Below, piece by piece: positions 56,135 through 64,000 of a stretch of DNA of 64,000 nucleotides. Below the pieces are notes generated by a model. That model saw nothing but the letters and a program-made list of their open reading frames with translations, searched no databases and was not told the DNA's origin. Numbering within the stretch: position 1 is the first letter of the stretch; every line of letters starts with the position of its first letter. The position numbers and the translations under genes were made by a program. Origin of the DNA: Gemmatimonadales bacterium (lineage in GTDB: Bacteria; Gemmatimonadota; Gemmatimonadetes; Gemmatimonadales; GWC2-71-9); the NCBI GenBank assembly GCA_038253515.1, contig JBBSHB010000001.1, forward strand, positions 28,220 through 92,219, given 5' to 3'.

Positions 56135-56961
56135 CACCCAAGTTACCCGGTTCGGTTGAGGCCAGCAAGACAGTGTCTGCCTTGAACTTACTGCACCTGG
56201 CCAGGGCAGCAGCCGGGCGAGCCGCCGGCTATCTGCGCTCGGTCCAGCGGCCGGCCGATCCCAGCCGCTGGACCTTCAAGGGGAGCCGCGATTTCGTCAC
56301 CGAGGTCGATCGCACGGCCGAGCGGATGATCGCCGAGACACTGCTGGCGGCGACGCCGGGTGGACGGATGGTCGGCGAGGAGCTCCGCCCCGAGATCGTG
56401 ACCGACGGACTGGTCTGGATCGTCGATCCGCTCGACGGCACCACCAACTTCCTGCACGATTTTCCCAACTACGCCGTCTCGATCGCCGCCGCGGTGGACG
56501 GCGTTCTGGAAGCCGGGGTGGTCCTGCAGGTCCCTCGCAACGAGATGTATCACGCCTGGCGCGGCGGCGGCGCCTGGCAGGGAGAGCGCCGACTCTCGGT
56601 GTCGGCCATCGAGGACCCGGCGTTCGCGCTCATCGGCACCGGGTTCCCCTTCAAGGACGTCACCAGGTTGGCGGAGTACCAGCGGCAGTTCGCCCGTGTT
56701 GCCGCGCGGACCAGCGGCATTCGCCGGCCCGGCTCCGCCGCGCTCGACCTGGCGGACGTGGCCGCGGGTCGGTTCGACGGCTTCTGGGAGCAGCAGCTCT
56801 CGACCTGGGACATCGCCGCGGGCGTGCTGCTCATCCGCGAGGCGGGCGGCAGGGTGACCGACCCCCGGGGACGGGACGTGGGGATCGAGCATACCGCCCT
56901 CGTCGCCGGCAATCCGGCGATTCACGCCTGGCTCCTCGACGTGCTCGCCTCGGAGGCTTGA
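56128..56961 (+). CDS. inositol monophosphatase family protein (SuhB-like)
   Basis: WIVDPLDGTTNF, GFPF and WDIAAG motifs. GTG 56128 would overlap the divergent trpS start. GTG 56173 or TTG 56182 are more plausible starts. Confidence 0.8.
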   Translation: MASPKLPGSVEASKTVSALNLLHLARAAAGRAAGYLRSVQRPADPSRWTFKGSRDFVTEVDRTAERMIAETLLAATPGGRMVGEELRPEIVTDGLVWIVDPLDGTTNFLHDFPNYAVSIAAAVDGVLEAGVVLQVPRNEMYHAWRGGGAWQGERRLSVSAIEDPAFALIGTGFPFKDVTRLAEYQRQFARVAARTSGIRRPGSAALDLADVAAGRFDGFWEQQLSTWDIAAGVLLIREAGGRVTDPRGRDVGIEHTALVAGNPAIHAWLLDVLASEA

Positions 56962-57612
56962 ATGCCGCTCGACACTCGAAACGACGACCAGTTGCCCGGC
57001 CTCGAGAGCCCGCTCGGTGAGTGGATCGCCGCCCTGGCCCGTCCCACCGCGACCGCCGCGGGAGGCACCGCGGCCGCCCTGGGCGGGGCGCTCGCGGCCG
57101 CGCTGGTGGGCATGGTGGCCGGGCTCACGCTGCAGCGGGAGAAGTACGCGGCGGTCCATCTCCAGGCCAAGCGCTCGCTCGATCGGACGACGGAGCTGAG
57201 CGGCCACCTGGTCGAGCTCGCCGCGCGCGACGCGGAGGCGTTCGCCCGGTTTACCGAGGCTCTCGCCCTGCCCCGGGCCAGCGAGGCCCAACGTGCGGCG
57301 CGGGAGACGGCCAAGCAGGCGGCGGTCCGGACCGGCACCGCGGTGCAGCTCGAGCTGCTCGGCCGCCTGGCCGAAATCGCGGAGCTGGCCTCGGCGATGG
57401 CCGACGGGGGACTCGCGAGCGCGTTGGGCGATGCGGCCACCGCCGGCTTCCTCGCGGCGGGCGCGGCGCGGAGCGCCTACTGGGCCATCCGCAGCAACGT
57501 CCAGGGCGCGCCGAGCGCGAAGGCGACGCTGGAGCGGGCGTTGGCACTGCTGGAGCGGGTCGAGGCGACCGAGTGGCGGGTACGGCAGCTGCTGAATGAG
57601 CGGGTGCGCTGA
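56962..57612 (+). CDS. cyclodeaminase/cyclohydrolase family protein (FTCD C-terminal-like)
   Basis: All-helical, with GGTAAALGGALAAALVGMVAGLT and ALGDAATAGFLAAGAARSAYWAI typical of FTCD_C. ATG is 1 nt after the upstream stop; 216 aa. Confidence 0.7.
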   Translation: MPLDTRNDDQLPGLESPLGEWIAALARPTATAAGGTAAALGGALAAALVGMVAGLTLQREKYAAVHLQAKRSLDRTTELSGHLVELAARDAEAFARFTEALALPRASEAQRAARETAKQAAVRTGTAVQLELLGRLAEIAELASAMADGGLASALGDAATAGFLAAGAARSAYWAIRSNVQGAPSAKATLERALALLERVEATEWRVRQLLNERVR

Positions 57613-57615
57613 GGC

Positions 57616-58368
57616 TCAGCGGGTGGTCAGGATCCTGGTGCCGTTGGCGGTGATGGCTACGGTGTGCTCGAAATGGGCGGAGAGCGTGCCGTCGGCGGTC
57701 ACCACGGTCCACTTGTCAGCCAGCGTCCTCGTCGTCGGGCTGCCGATGGTGATCATCGGCTCGATGGCGAGGGTCATCCCCTCCAGCAGCCGCGGCCCCC
57801 GCTTGGGGCTGCCGTAGTTGGGGACCTGGGGCTCCTCGTGGAAGCGGGTCCCGATGCCATGCCCCACCAGCTCGCGCACCACGCCGTACCCCGCCCCTTC
57901 CGCCACGGTCTGCACCGCGTGCCCGATGTCGCCCACGTGGTTCCCTACTCTCGCCTGGGCGATGCCCGCGGCCAGACATTGCTGAGTCACCTCGAGCAGG
58001 CGCGCCGCCTCCGGCGTGATGTTCCCCACCCCCAGCGTGGTGGCCGAGTCGGCGTGCAGCCCCTCGAACTGGACCCCGACGTCCACGCTCACCAGGCTCC
58101 CCTCCTTGAGCACCCGCTTGGGAGAGGGGATGCCGTGCACGATCTCCTGGTCGATCGAGGTGCAGAGCGTCTTGGGAAAGCCGTAGAGCCCCTTGAAGGA
58201 GGGCGTGGCCCCCTCGTGGCTCCGGATGAACGACTCGGCCGCGACGTCGAGGTCTTCCGTGGTCATGCCCGGCCGCAGAATCTCCCGCATGAGGGCCAGG
58301 GTGCCGGCCACGATTCCGCCGGCGTGGGCCATGACCTCGATCTCCTTGGGGGACTTGAGCGTGATCAC
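57616..58368 (-). CDS. map: methionine aminopeptidase, type I
   Basis: SVDVG.., GHGIG and LAIEPM metal-ligand contexts; 250 aa. GTG start 1 nt after the adk stop. Confidence 0.95.
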   Translation of the reverse strand: MITLKSPKEIEVMAHAGGIVAGTLALMREILRPGMTTEDLDVAAESFIRSHEGATPSFKGLYGFPKTLCTSIDQEIVHGIPSPKRVLKEGSLVSVDVGVQFEGLHADSATTLGVGNITPEAARLLEVTQQCLAAGIAQARVGNHVGDIGHAVQTVAEGAGYGVVRELVGHGIGTRFHEEPQVPNYGSPKRGPRLLEGMTLAIEPMITIGSPTTRTLADKWTVVTADGTLSAHFEHTVAITANGTRILTTR

Positions 58369-58369
58369 G

Positions 58370-58933
58370 CTAGCGCCCCAGTGCCTTCCGAACCCGGCCG
58401 GCGATCTCTTCGACCGAGCCGACCGCGGGCACCCGCTTGACCCCGTTCCGGGCCTCGTACCACGCGAGGACCGGGGCCGTCTGCTCCCGGTACGCCCGAA
58501 GCCGGGTGCCGATGGCGGCCGGATCGTCGTCGGGCCGCTTCTCCTGCACCAGCCGCCGGCCCAGCCGCTCCATGATCTCTTGGTCGGTGACGTCGAAGAA
58601 GAGCACCGCGTCGATCTTGCGTCCCTTCTCCCCCAGGATCCGCTCCACGCCTTCGGCCTGCGGGATGGTGCGGACGACGCCGTCGAAGATCACGCCGTTG
58701 GCGGCCTCCGGCTTGCCCAGCTCCTCCCACACCACGCCGAGGATGATGTCGTCGCTCACCAGGTGCCCGGCCTCCATGATGGCCTTGGCCTGACGGCCCA
58801 GGGGCGTGCCCCGCTTCACCGCGTCCCGCAGCAGGTCGCCGGTGGCGAACTTGGGGAGCCCGTACGCCGCAGCCAGCAGCGCGCCCTGGGTGCCTTTACC
58901 CGCGCCGGGCGGGCCCATGAGCAGGATGTCCAC
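58370..58933 (-). CDS. adk: adenylate kinase (short LID, no Cys4 zinc knuckle)
   Basis: ORF 58370..58996 trimmed to GTG 58933 (VDILLMGPPGAGKGTQG P-loop). The LID region GRRLVQEKRPDDDP is short; 187 aa. Confidence 0.9.
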   Translation of the reverse strand: MDILLMGPPGAGKGTQGALLAAAYGLPKFATGDLLRDAVKRGTPLGRQAKAIMEAGHLVSDDIILGVVWEELGKPEAANGVIFDGVVRTIPQAEGVERILGEKGRKIDAVLFFDVTDQEIMERLGRRLVQEKRPDDDPAAIGTRLRAYREQTAPVLAWYEARNGVKRVPAVGSVEEIAGRVRKALGR

Positions 58934-58953
58934 CGGTATCCTTTCGAGAAGGT

Positions 58954-58998
58954 CGATGGGCGATGGGCCATGGGGTGCCCATGGCCCATCGCCCATCG
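58954..58998. repeat. perfect 21-bp hairpin built from tandem heptamers in the secY-adk spacer
   Basis: Checked base by base: C-GATGGGC-GATGGGC-CATGGG / GTG / CCCATG-GCCCATC-GCCCATC-G; positions 58954-58974 pair with 58998-58978, with a 3-nt loop. No U-tract follows on the mRNA strand. Confidence 0.85.
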
Positions 58999-59014
58999 TA
59001 CTCCCAGCCGAGAC

Positions 59015-60331
59015 CTACATATACCGCTGTTGGCGACCCCTGAACTTGACCCGCCCGGTCTTCATGAAGCCGTCGTACTTCCGCAGCGTGCGGTGCTGCT
59101 CGATCTGGGCGATGGTGTCCAGCAGCACCCCCACCACGATGAGCACCGAGGTGCCGCCGAACCCGCGCGTCGGGATGCTCAGCCACTTGGAGACCAGAAT
59201 CGGCAGGAGCGCGATCCCGGCGAGGAAAAGGCCGCCGGGCAAGGTGATCCGGGCCAGCACCGAGTCGATGTAGTCCGCCGTGCTCGCCCCCGGCTTCACC
59301 CCAGGGATGAATCCGCCCTGCTTCTTCAGGTTCTCCGCCAGATCGACCGAGTTGAAGATGATCGAGGTGTAGAAGTAGCTGAACAGCAGGATCATCACCG
59401 CGAAGGTGAGGTCGTAGGGTAGCTCGCCCGGCGCGAAGAAGCCGGCGATATCGGTGAGCACCGGGTTCTTGGTGAAGCTGGCCAGGGTGCCGGGGACGAT
59501 GATGATGGTCTGGGCGAAGATGATCGGCATCACGCCGGCCGTGATCAGCCGGATCGGGATGAAGGTCTTCTGCCCTTCCCGGATGCGACCGCGCCCCATC
59601 ACCTTCCGCGGAATCTGGATGGGAATCCGCCGGGCGGCGATGGTCATGCCGACCACCGCGGCGATCACCGCCACCAGGATCGCCAGGAAGAGCACGGCGC
59701 CGGGCGCGCTCACCACGCCGCTCCGGATGAACTGGAGCAGCTGCAGCGTGCCGGGCCAGAGCCGCTCCAGAATCGAGAAGGTGATGAGCAGGCTCATCCC
59801 GTTGCCGATGCCCCGCTCGGTGATCTGCTCGCCCAGCCACATGACGAAGATGGCACCGGTAGTGAGGGTGACCACCATGATGAGGCGGGACGCGAACCCC
59901 GGGTTGGCGATCGCGCCGGGGATCGATTCGGTGAAGAGCGCGAAGGTGTAAGCCTGGGAAAGCGAGATGAACACGGTGAGATACCGGGTCCATTGGGTGA
60001 TCTTCTTCTTGCCCTCCTCGTCCTTCTGCATCTTGCCGATCGACGGGGCGACCCCGCCGGCCAGCTGGAAGATGATCGAGGCCGAGATGTAGGGCATGAT
60101 CCCGAGCGCGAACACCGTGGCCCGGGAGAGGCCGCCGCCCAGAGCGTCGTACAGTCCGAAGAACCCGGCGGCGGCGGAGTTCCGGATGAAGTCGGCCAGC
60201 GCGGTGACGTTCACCCCCGGCGCGGCGATATGAGCGCCGATCCGGTAGATGACGAGCGCGAGCAGGGTGAACAGAAGCTTGCGCTTCAGCTCTTCGTCGA
60301 TGGCCAGTGTGGGGACGCGCGGTGCCGTCAC
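59015..60331 (-). CDS. secY: preprotein translocase subunit SecY
   Basis: 438-aa polytopic protein with LGIMPYISASII and conserved operon position. GTG start directly after the rplO stop. Confidence 0.95.
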   Translation of the reverse strand: MTAPRVPTLAIDEELKRKLLFTLLALVIYRIGAHIAAPGVNVTALADFIRNSAAAGFFGLYDALGGGLSRATVFALGIMPYISASIIFQLAGGVAPSIGKMQKDEEGKKKITQWTRYLTVFISLSQAYTFALFTESIPGAIANPGFASRLIMVVTLTTGAIFVMWLGEQITERGIGNGMSLLITFSILERLWPGTLQLLQFIRSGVVSAPGAVLFLAILVAVIAAVVGMTIAARRIPIQIPRKVMGRGRIREGQKTFIPIRLITAGVMPIIFAQTIIIVPGTLASFTKNPVLTDIAGFFAPGELPYDLTFAVMILLFSYFYTSIIFNSVDLAENLKKQGGFIPGVKPGASTADYIDSVLARITLPGGLFLAGIALLPILVSKWLSIPTRGFGGTSVLIVVGVLLDTIAQIEQHRTLRKYDGFMKTGRVKFRGRQQRYM

Positions 60332-60787
60332 TTACCCCTCGATTGTGCCGCCGGCCGCCTCGATCTTCGTGCGTGCCGACGCGGAAAGGGCGACGCCTCG
60401 AACCGTATAGGCCCGGTCGGCGTCGCCGGTGCCCAGGAGCTTGACCGGGACGTCGATCTTCCCGATGAGGCGCGCCGAGTACAACGTCTCCGGCGTGATC
60501 TCGCTGGCGGTGACCTTCTTGAGCTGGGACAGGTTGACCGGCTGGGATGCGACCCGGAACGGGTTGGTGAAGCCGCGCTTGGGCAGCCGCCGGTACATCG
60601 GCATCTGTCCGCCCTCGAAGCCCGGATTGGTTCCGCCGCCGGTGCGGGCCTTGTGTCCCTTGTTGCCCTTGCCCGACGTCTTGCCCAGCCCGGAGCCGGG
60701 GCCGCGCCCGACGCGCTTCCGCGCCTGGGTCGAGCCGCGGGCCGGCCGCAGCGTCGACAGGGTCACGGTCTTGATCTGGTCCGCCAT
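60332..60787 (-). CDS. rplO: 50S ribosomal protein L15
   Basis: LRPARGS..RKRVGRGPGSGLGKTSGKGNKGHKAR; 151 aa. Confidence 0.95.
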   Translation of the reverse strand: MADQIKTVTLSTLRPARGSTQARKRVGRGPGSGLGKTSGKGNKGHKARTGGGTNPGFEGGQMPMYRRLPKRGFTNPFRVASQPVNLSQLKKVTASEITPETLYSARLIGKIDVPVKLLGTGDADRAYTVRGVALSASARTKIEAAGGTIEG

Positions 60788-61047
60788 CAGCTCTCCTCTG
60801 CCGGCGTCACCTCGATGAGGTGACGCACCTTGAACAGCATGCCGCGGATCGACGCGGTATTGGTCAGCCGGACAGTCTGCTGGTGATGCCGGAGACCCAG
60901 GGCGCGCAGCGTGCGCCGCATCGTCTCCGGGTGGCCGATCCCCGAGCGGATCTGCTTCACCGCCAGGGTGGCCGCCTCTGCCTCGGCGGGGATGGCGGCG
61001 GCGTGGTACTTGGGGCCCTGGCGGCCCACGACCGGATTGCGACCCAT
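60787..61047 (-). CDS. rpmD: 50S ribosomal protein L30 (with ~26-aa N-terminal extension)
   Basis: ORF 60787..61221 trimmed to ATG 61047, 2 nt after the rpsE stop. The core LAVKQIRSGIGHPETMRRTLRALGLRHHQQTVRLTNTASIRGMLFKVRHLIEV matches L30. Confidence 0.85.
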   Translation of the reverse strand: MGRNPVVGRQGPKYHAAAIPAEAEAATLAVKQIRSGIGHPETMRRTLRALGLRHHQQTVRLTNTASIRGMLFKVRHLIEVTPAEES

Positions 61048-61049
61048 GA

Positions 61050-61769
61050 TCAGGCTCCCTGGCGCGGCTTGTACGCGATCTGGTCGAACTCGACCCCGCG
61101 CTCTCGCGCTATCTGACGCGCCGAGACCAGCTGGCTCAGCCCGTTCATCGTGGCCCGCACCATGTTGTGCGCGTTGGAGGAGCCCAGGCTCTTGGTCAGG
61201 ATGTCGGTGATCCCGGCGCACTCCAGCACCGCCCGCACCGGCCCGCCGGCGATGACGCCGGTGCCGGTCGCCGCCGGCTTGAGCAGCACCCGGCCCGCGC
61301 CGTGCTTGCCCAGGACCTCGTGCGGGATGGTGGAGCCGGTCTTGGGCAGCTCGACCATCGAGCGCTTGGCCGCCTCGACCGCCTTGCGGACCGCCTCGGA
61401 GACCTCGTTGGCCTTGCCGGTGGCGATGCCGACCTTGCTCTTGCCGTCGCCCACCGCGACCAGGGCGTTGAAGGAGAAGCGCCGGCCGCCCTTTACCACC
61501 TTGGCCACTCGGTTGATCGCGATGACGTTCTCGACGTGGTCGCTCTGGTGGTCGCGGTCGCCGCGATCGCGCCGCGGCCCCCGGCCGCCTCCACTCCGCT
61601 CGCCGCCGCCCCGCCCCCCGCGCCCGCGCGGCCGATCGGTGCCGGCGGGACGCTCCGCGACCGCCGGCCCATCGGCGGGATTGCCGGTCTGCGCGGCGGT
61701 GCCGTCGGCACCCGCCCCGCCGTGAGAGCCCGGCCCGCTGTGGGTGGTGCCTGCAGTCTCTTCAGCCAT
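61050..61769 (-). CDS. rpsE: 30S ribosomal protein S5 (with ~65-aa Gly/Arg-rich N-terminal extension)
   Basis: [28 protein letters not shown] core. ATG directly follows the rplR stop; 239 aa. Confidence 0.95.
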   Translation of the reverse strand: MAEETAGTTHSGPGSHGGAGADGTAAQTGNPADGPAVAERPAGTDRPRGRGGRGGGERSGGGRGPRRDRGDRDHQSDHVENVIAINRVAKVVKGGRRFSFNALVAVGDGKSKVGIATGKANEVSEAVRKAVEAAKRSMVELPKTGSTIPHEVLGKHGAGRVLLKPAATGTGVIAGGPVRAVLECAGITDILTKSLGSSNAHNMVRATMNGLSQLVSARQIARERGVEFDQIAYKPRQGA

Positions 61770-62141
61770 TTAGAACTCCAATCCAGCTTCGCGCGCGCCG
61801 TCGGCGACGGCCTGCACGCGACCATGGTAACGGTAACCCGCGCGGTCGAACACCACCTTGGTGACCCCGGCGGCCTTGGCCTTCTCCGCCAGCAGCTTGC
61901 CCACTGCCTTGCCCCGGACCACCTTGCCGGCGCCCTCGGCCTGGATCCCCTCGCTCGCGTCGCTGACGCCGAGCAGGGTCACGCCGAGATCGTCGTTGAC
62001 CAGTTGGGCGTAGATGTGCTTCAGCGAGCGGAAGACCACCAGCCGCGGCCGCTCGGCGGTGCCCGCCAGCCGGCGGCGCACCCGGAGGTGACGGCGATAG
62101 CGCAGATCGCTTCGGGTCTTGGGCGCGTGTATGGTGCGCAT
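61770..62141 (-). CDS. rplR: 50S ribosomal protein L18
   Basis: [46 protein letters not shown]; 123 aa. Confidence 0.95.
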   Translation of the reverse strand: MRTIHAPKTRSDLRYRRHLRVRRRLAGTAERPRLVVFRSLKHIYAQLVNDDLGVTLLGVSDASEGIQAEGAGKVVRGKAVGKLLAEKAKAAGVTKVVFDRAGYRYHGRVQAVADGAREAGLEF

Positions 62142-62143
62142 CC

Positions 62144-62683
62144 TTACTTGGCTCCTGTCTTGCCGGCCTTGCGGCGGACATGCTCGCCCTGATAACGAAT
62201 GCCCTTGCCCTTGTACGGCTCGGGCGGGCGGACGGCGCGGAGCTCGGCGGCGACCTGGCCCACGGCCTCCTTGTCGGCGCCTTCGATCTTGACCGTGGTG
62301 TTGTTCTCCACCGAGATCTTGATCCCCTTCGGCGCCTCGTACTTCACCGGGTGGGAGTAGCCCACCACCAGGTTGACGCCGTAGGGCTTGGCCTCCGCCT
62401 TGTACCCCACGCCCTGGATCTCGAGCGTCTTGACGAACCCCTTGGAGACCCCGTCCACCATGTTCTGGACCAGGGTCCGGGTGAGCCCGTGGAGTGACTT
62501 GTGGCGCTTGTCCTCGCTGGGCCGGGCCACCGTGAGGACGCCATCCGCGAAGGCGAGCTGCATCTCGGGATGGAGGGTCCGCCGCAGCTCGCCCCGAGGG
62601 CCTTTGACGGCGACCGTCTGGCCCTGGAGGTCGAGATTCACGCCCTTGGGCAGGGTGACCGGCTTCTTGCCGATGCGCGACAT
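62144..62683 (-). CDS. rplF: 50S ribosomal protein L6
   Basis: ORF 62144..62821 trimmed to ATG 62683 ([15 protein letters not shown]..); 179 aa. Confidence 0.95.
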   Translation of the reverse strand: MSRIGKKPVTLPKGVNLDLQGQTVAVKGPRGELRRTLHPEMQLAFADGVLTVARPSEDKRHKSLHGLTRTLVQNMVDGVSKGFVKTLEIQGVGYKAEAKPYGVNLVVGYSHPVKYEAPKGIKISVENNTTVKIEGADKEAVGQVAAELRAVRPPEPYKGKGIRYQGEHVRRKAGKTGAK

Positions 62684-62691
62684 GCCGCCTC

Positions 62692-63087
62692 CTACCAGAC
62701 CACGGCGAGCAGCTCGCCGCCGAGGTTCGCGGTGCGGGCCTCGCGGTCGGTCATCAGCCCCTTGGGGGTCGAGACGATCGCCATGCCGAGCCCGTTCTTG
62801 ACCCGGGGGAGCTCGCGGCACTTGACGTAGCGCCGGAGGCCGGGCGTCGAGACGCGCCGCATCTCCCGGATGACCGGGAGCTCGTTGTGATACTTCAGGT
62901 ACAACCGCAGGACGCCGTGGGCGCCGTCATCGAGGATCTTGAAGTCCGCGATGTAGTGGTTGTCACGCAGCAGCCGGGCCACCTCGGCCTTCAGCTTGGA
63001 CACCGGCATGTCGACGCGCCGATGGCCCGCCGAGCAGGCGTTCCGGATGCGGGTGAGCATATCCGCGACGGGATCTGTCAGGCTCAT
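62692..63087 (-). CDS. rpsH: 30S ribosomal protein S8
   Basis: [26 protein letters not shown]; 131 aa. Confidence 0.95.
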   Translation of the reverse strand: MSLTDPVADMLTRIRNACSAGHRRVDMPVSKLKAEVARLLRDNHYIADFKILDDGAHGVLRLYLKYHNELPVIREMRRVSTPGLRRYVKCRELPRVKNGLGMAIVSTPKGLMTDREARTANLGGELLAVVW

Positions 63088-63100
63088 TCCCTATGTCCCC

Positions 63101-63286
63101 TTACCAGCTGGCCTTGCGCACGCCCGGGATTTCCCCCTTCAGGGCGAGCTCACGAAAACAGATGCGGCAGAGGCCGAACTTCCGCAGGACGGCGCGCGAC
63201 CGCCCGCACCGCTGGCAGCGGCGGACGGCGCGTACCTTGAACTTCGGCGTGCGCTTGGCTCTCTCGATCCAGGCAGTCTTTGCCAT
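63101..63286 (-). CDS. rpsN: 30S ribosomal protein S14, type Z (zinc-binding)
   Basis: 61 aa with CQRCGR..CRIC Cys4 motif. Confidence 0.95.
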   Translation of the reverse strand: MAKTAWIERAKRTPKFKVRAVRRCQRCGRSRAVLRKFGLCRICFRELALKGEIPGVRKASW

Positions 63287-63301
63287 TTCCTCTCGTCTCC
63301 T

Positions 63302-63892
63302 CTAGGCGACGTGCTGCGGGGTCTCGCCGCGGAACGGCCAGCCCAACTCGCGCAGCAGGGCCATCGCCAGATCGTCCCGTTCGGTCGAGGTCACGATGGT
63401 GATGTCCATTCCGTGGATCTTCTCCACCCGGTCGAAGTCGATCTCGGGGAAGATCATCTGCTCCTTGATGCCGAACGTGTAGTTCCCCCGCCCGTCGAAG
63501 CTCCGGTTGGGCAGCCCGCGGAAGTCGCGGATCCGGGGAATCGACAGGGTGATGAAGCGATCGAGGAACTCGTACATCCGCGCCCGGCGCAGCGTCACCG
63601 TGGCCCCGACCGGCATGCCGGCGCGGAGTCCGAAGTTCGCGATCGCCTTCTTGGCATGGGTCACCACCGCCTTCTGCCCGGTGATGAGCCCCAGCTCGTC
63701 CACCGCCGCCTCGAGCTGCTTGGGATTCTTCCCCGCGTCGCCCATGCCGATGTTGAGGACGACCTTGGTCACCCGCGGCACCTGATGCCGGTTGGGGAGC
63801 CCGAAATCCTTCTGCAGCTTGGCCCGGACCGTCTTCTCGTAGAACTCCTGCAGGCGGGGGGTGCCCTCCGCCGCCTTGGGCGCATGGTCCAC
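63302..63892 (-). CDS. rplE: 50S ribosomal protein L5 (N-terminus unresolved)
   Basis: [41 protein letters not shown] core. The listed start is GTG 63892, but the same frame stays open with no stop to the window edge at 64000 ([36 protein letters not shown]..). Confidence 0.9.
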   Translation of the reverse strand: MDHAPKAAEGTPRLQEFYEKTVRAKLQKDFGLPNRHQVPRVTKVVLNIGMGDAGKNPKQLEAAVDELGLITGQKAVVTHAKKAIANFGLRAGMPVGATVTLRRARMYEFLDRFITLSIPRIRDFRGLPNRSFDGRGNYTFGIKEQMIFPEIDFDRVEKIHGMDITIVTSTERDDLAMALLRELGWPFRGETPQHVA

Positions 63893-64000
63893 CGCGCCGG
63901 CCGGTGCCTTCTCCTTGCCTTTGCCCTTGCCGGGAGCCGCCGGCGCGGCCTGGCCCCCACCCTTCCCCGGGGCCGTCTTCGGCGTTTTCGCCTTGGTCTC

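Noticed and set aside
61545-61769. The Gly/Arg-rich N-terminal extension of S5 as a novel feature.
   Set aside because: From memory, similar RGG-like S5 extensions occur in other high-GC bacteria such as Actinobacteria. I kept it only as part of a low-interest note.

Overview
High-GC, very gene-dense bacterial chromosomal segment. I support about 60 CDS, mostly on the minus strand. At least 12 gene pairs are translationally coupled by 4-nt ATGA/GTGA start/stop overlaps, and GTG/TTG starts are frequent.

Core content:
- Glycolysis: partial class II aldolase, pgi, pyk.
- ispG, fabH, class II RNR nrdJ, priA, glyQS, trpS, purA.
- Distal spc ribosomal operon: rplE-rpsN-rpsH-rplF-rplR-rpsE-rpmD-rplO-secY-adk-map.

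Accessory-looking content:
- Two CcdA/thiol-disulfide clusters, one with TlpA plus peroxiredoxin and one with Fur plus a TIGR00300-like enzyme.
- A clustered muropeptide-recycling set (amidase, ampG, nagZ, anmK, murQ) joined to a PP2C phosphatase.
- A zinc-ribbon/PEGA/TonB-C-like Ser/Thr kinase.
- An HD-GYP protein preceded by a paralogous HEAT-repeat partner.
- A GWxTD-like protein and a YpdA-type disulfide reductase.

Gene content and a GTCATCCCGAGCG..GGGATC palindromic repeat suggest a Gemmatimonadota/Acidobacteriota-like soil lineage. This is inference only.

I saw no rRNA, tRNA, CRISPR, transposase or integrase. Many long ORFs in the track are antisense or read-through artefacts of high GC, and I trimmed or rejected them.

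I found no clear-cut new system. The best candidates for undescribed biology are:
1. A tightly coupled operon encoding a ubiquitin-fold protein that lacks a Gly-Gly end, with a 90-aa unknown, a beta-propeller, an MMP-like protein and an HDAC-family enzyme.
2. The TIGR00300-like/unknown/Fur/CcdA operon next to a TonB-receptor gene remnant.
3. A 227-bp AT-rich island.
4. A perfect 21-bp heptamer-built hairpin between secY and adk.
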